A stretch of 64,000 nucleotides of DNA, taken from assembly GCF_006345805.1 (NCBI RefSeq), contig NC_042998.1, positions 54,746,001 to 54,810,000 on the forward strand, in the 5' to 3' direction. Under the pieces are notes generated by a model. That model did not search any database, was not told the DNA's origin, and saw nothing but the letters and a program-made list of their open reading frames with translations. The DNA comes from Octopus sinensis. Lineage: Eukaryota. A program made the position numbers and the translations under genes. Below are positions 63,567-64,000 of this stretch, one piece after another (positions within the stretch are counted from its first letter, which is position 1; each line of letters starts with the position of its first letter).

Positions 63567-64000
63567 TATATATATGTGTGTATATATGTATGTATGTATT
63601 ATATATGTGTATATATGTGTGTCTTTATGTATACACACACAAATATACATAATGGCATAGCACTCAGGTTGTATCTTCCAAATATTGCTTACTAAGCATT
63701 GGCCAACCAGTGCTTATAGAAGACATTTGCTCAAAGAATTGCATAGTTGGACCAAACACCAAATCATGTGGTCACAGAAAGAACCACATAACTAATCATC
63801 CACTCTTGTGTGACCCATGTAAGAAAACTATATTGCTTTTGATGTAGTCTCCAATGCTGGATTTTAGTAAGTTTGAATACATCAGTAAATTGCAGTGCAA
63901 ACTGCCGGGGAAAGATTTTTGTTGATTTTGATGTAACCGTTTTACTATTTTGACACAAGCTGTTTTTGTGTGTTTACAAACAGGGGAAATGCACTCAATA

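Overview
AT-rich, repeat-dense eukaryotic DNA. The SINE/LINE families and (TA)n/(CA)n/(AAT)n microsatellites look like Octopus (coleoid cephalopod); this is inferred from repeat content, not from a database search. The one host gene I can support is TSEN54 (tRNA-splicing endonuclease subunit Sen54) on the + strand. Six phase-compatible coding exons (4551-4609, 11510-11674, 13384-13447, 14870-14953, 33216-33364, 47464-48485) give about 514 aa, and its C-terminal exons were not found in the window. The introns hold a near full-length but disrupted CR1-clade LINE, several 5'-truncated RTE LINEs whose ORF2 carries a PHD-type finger, two Helitrons, two Merlin-like MITEs with 8-bp TSDs, TTAA/piggyBac-like MITEs and many tRNA-derived SINEs. 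The most interesting signal is three unrelated (TA)n-flanked, fold-back repeat families, Penelope-pLTR/retrozyme-like, each carrying type I hammerhead ribozyme motifs (36.9-38.0 kb; 38.1-38.3 and 45.5 kb; 63.3-63.5 kb). One is a perfect 110-bp palindrome encoding the same hammerhead on both strands.
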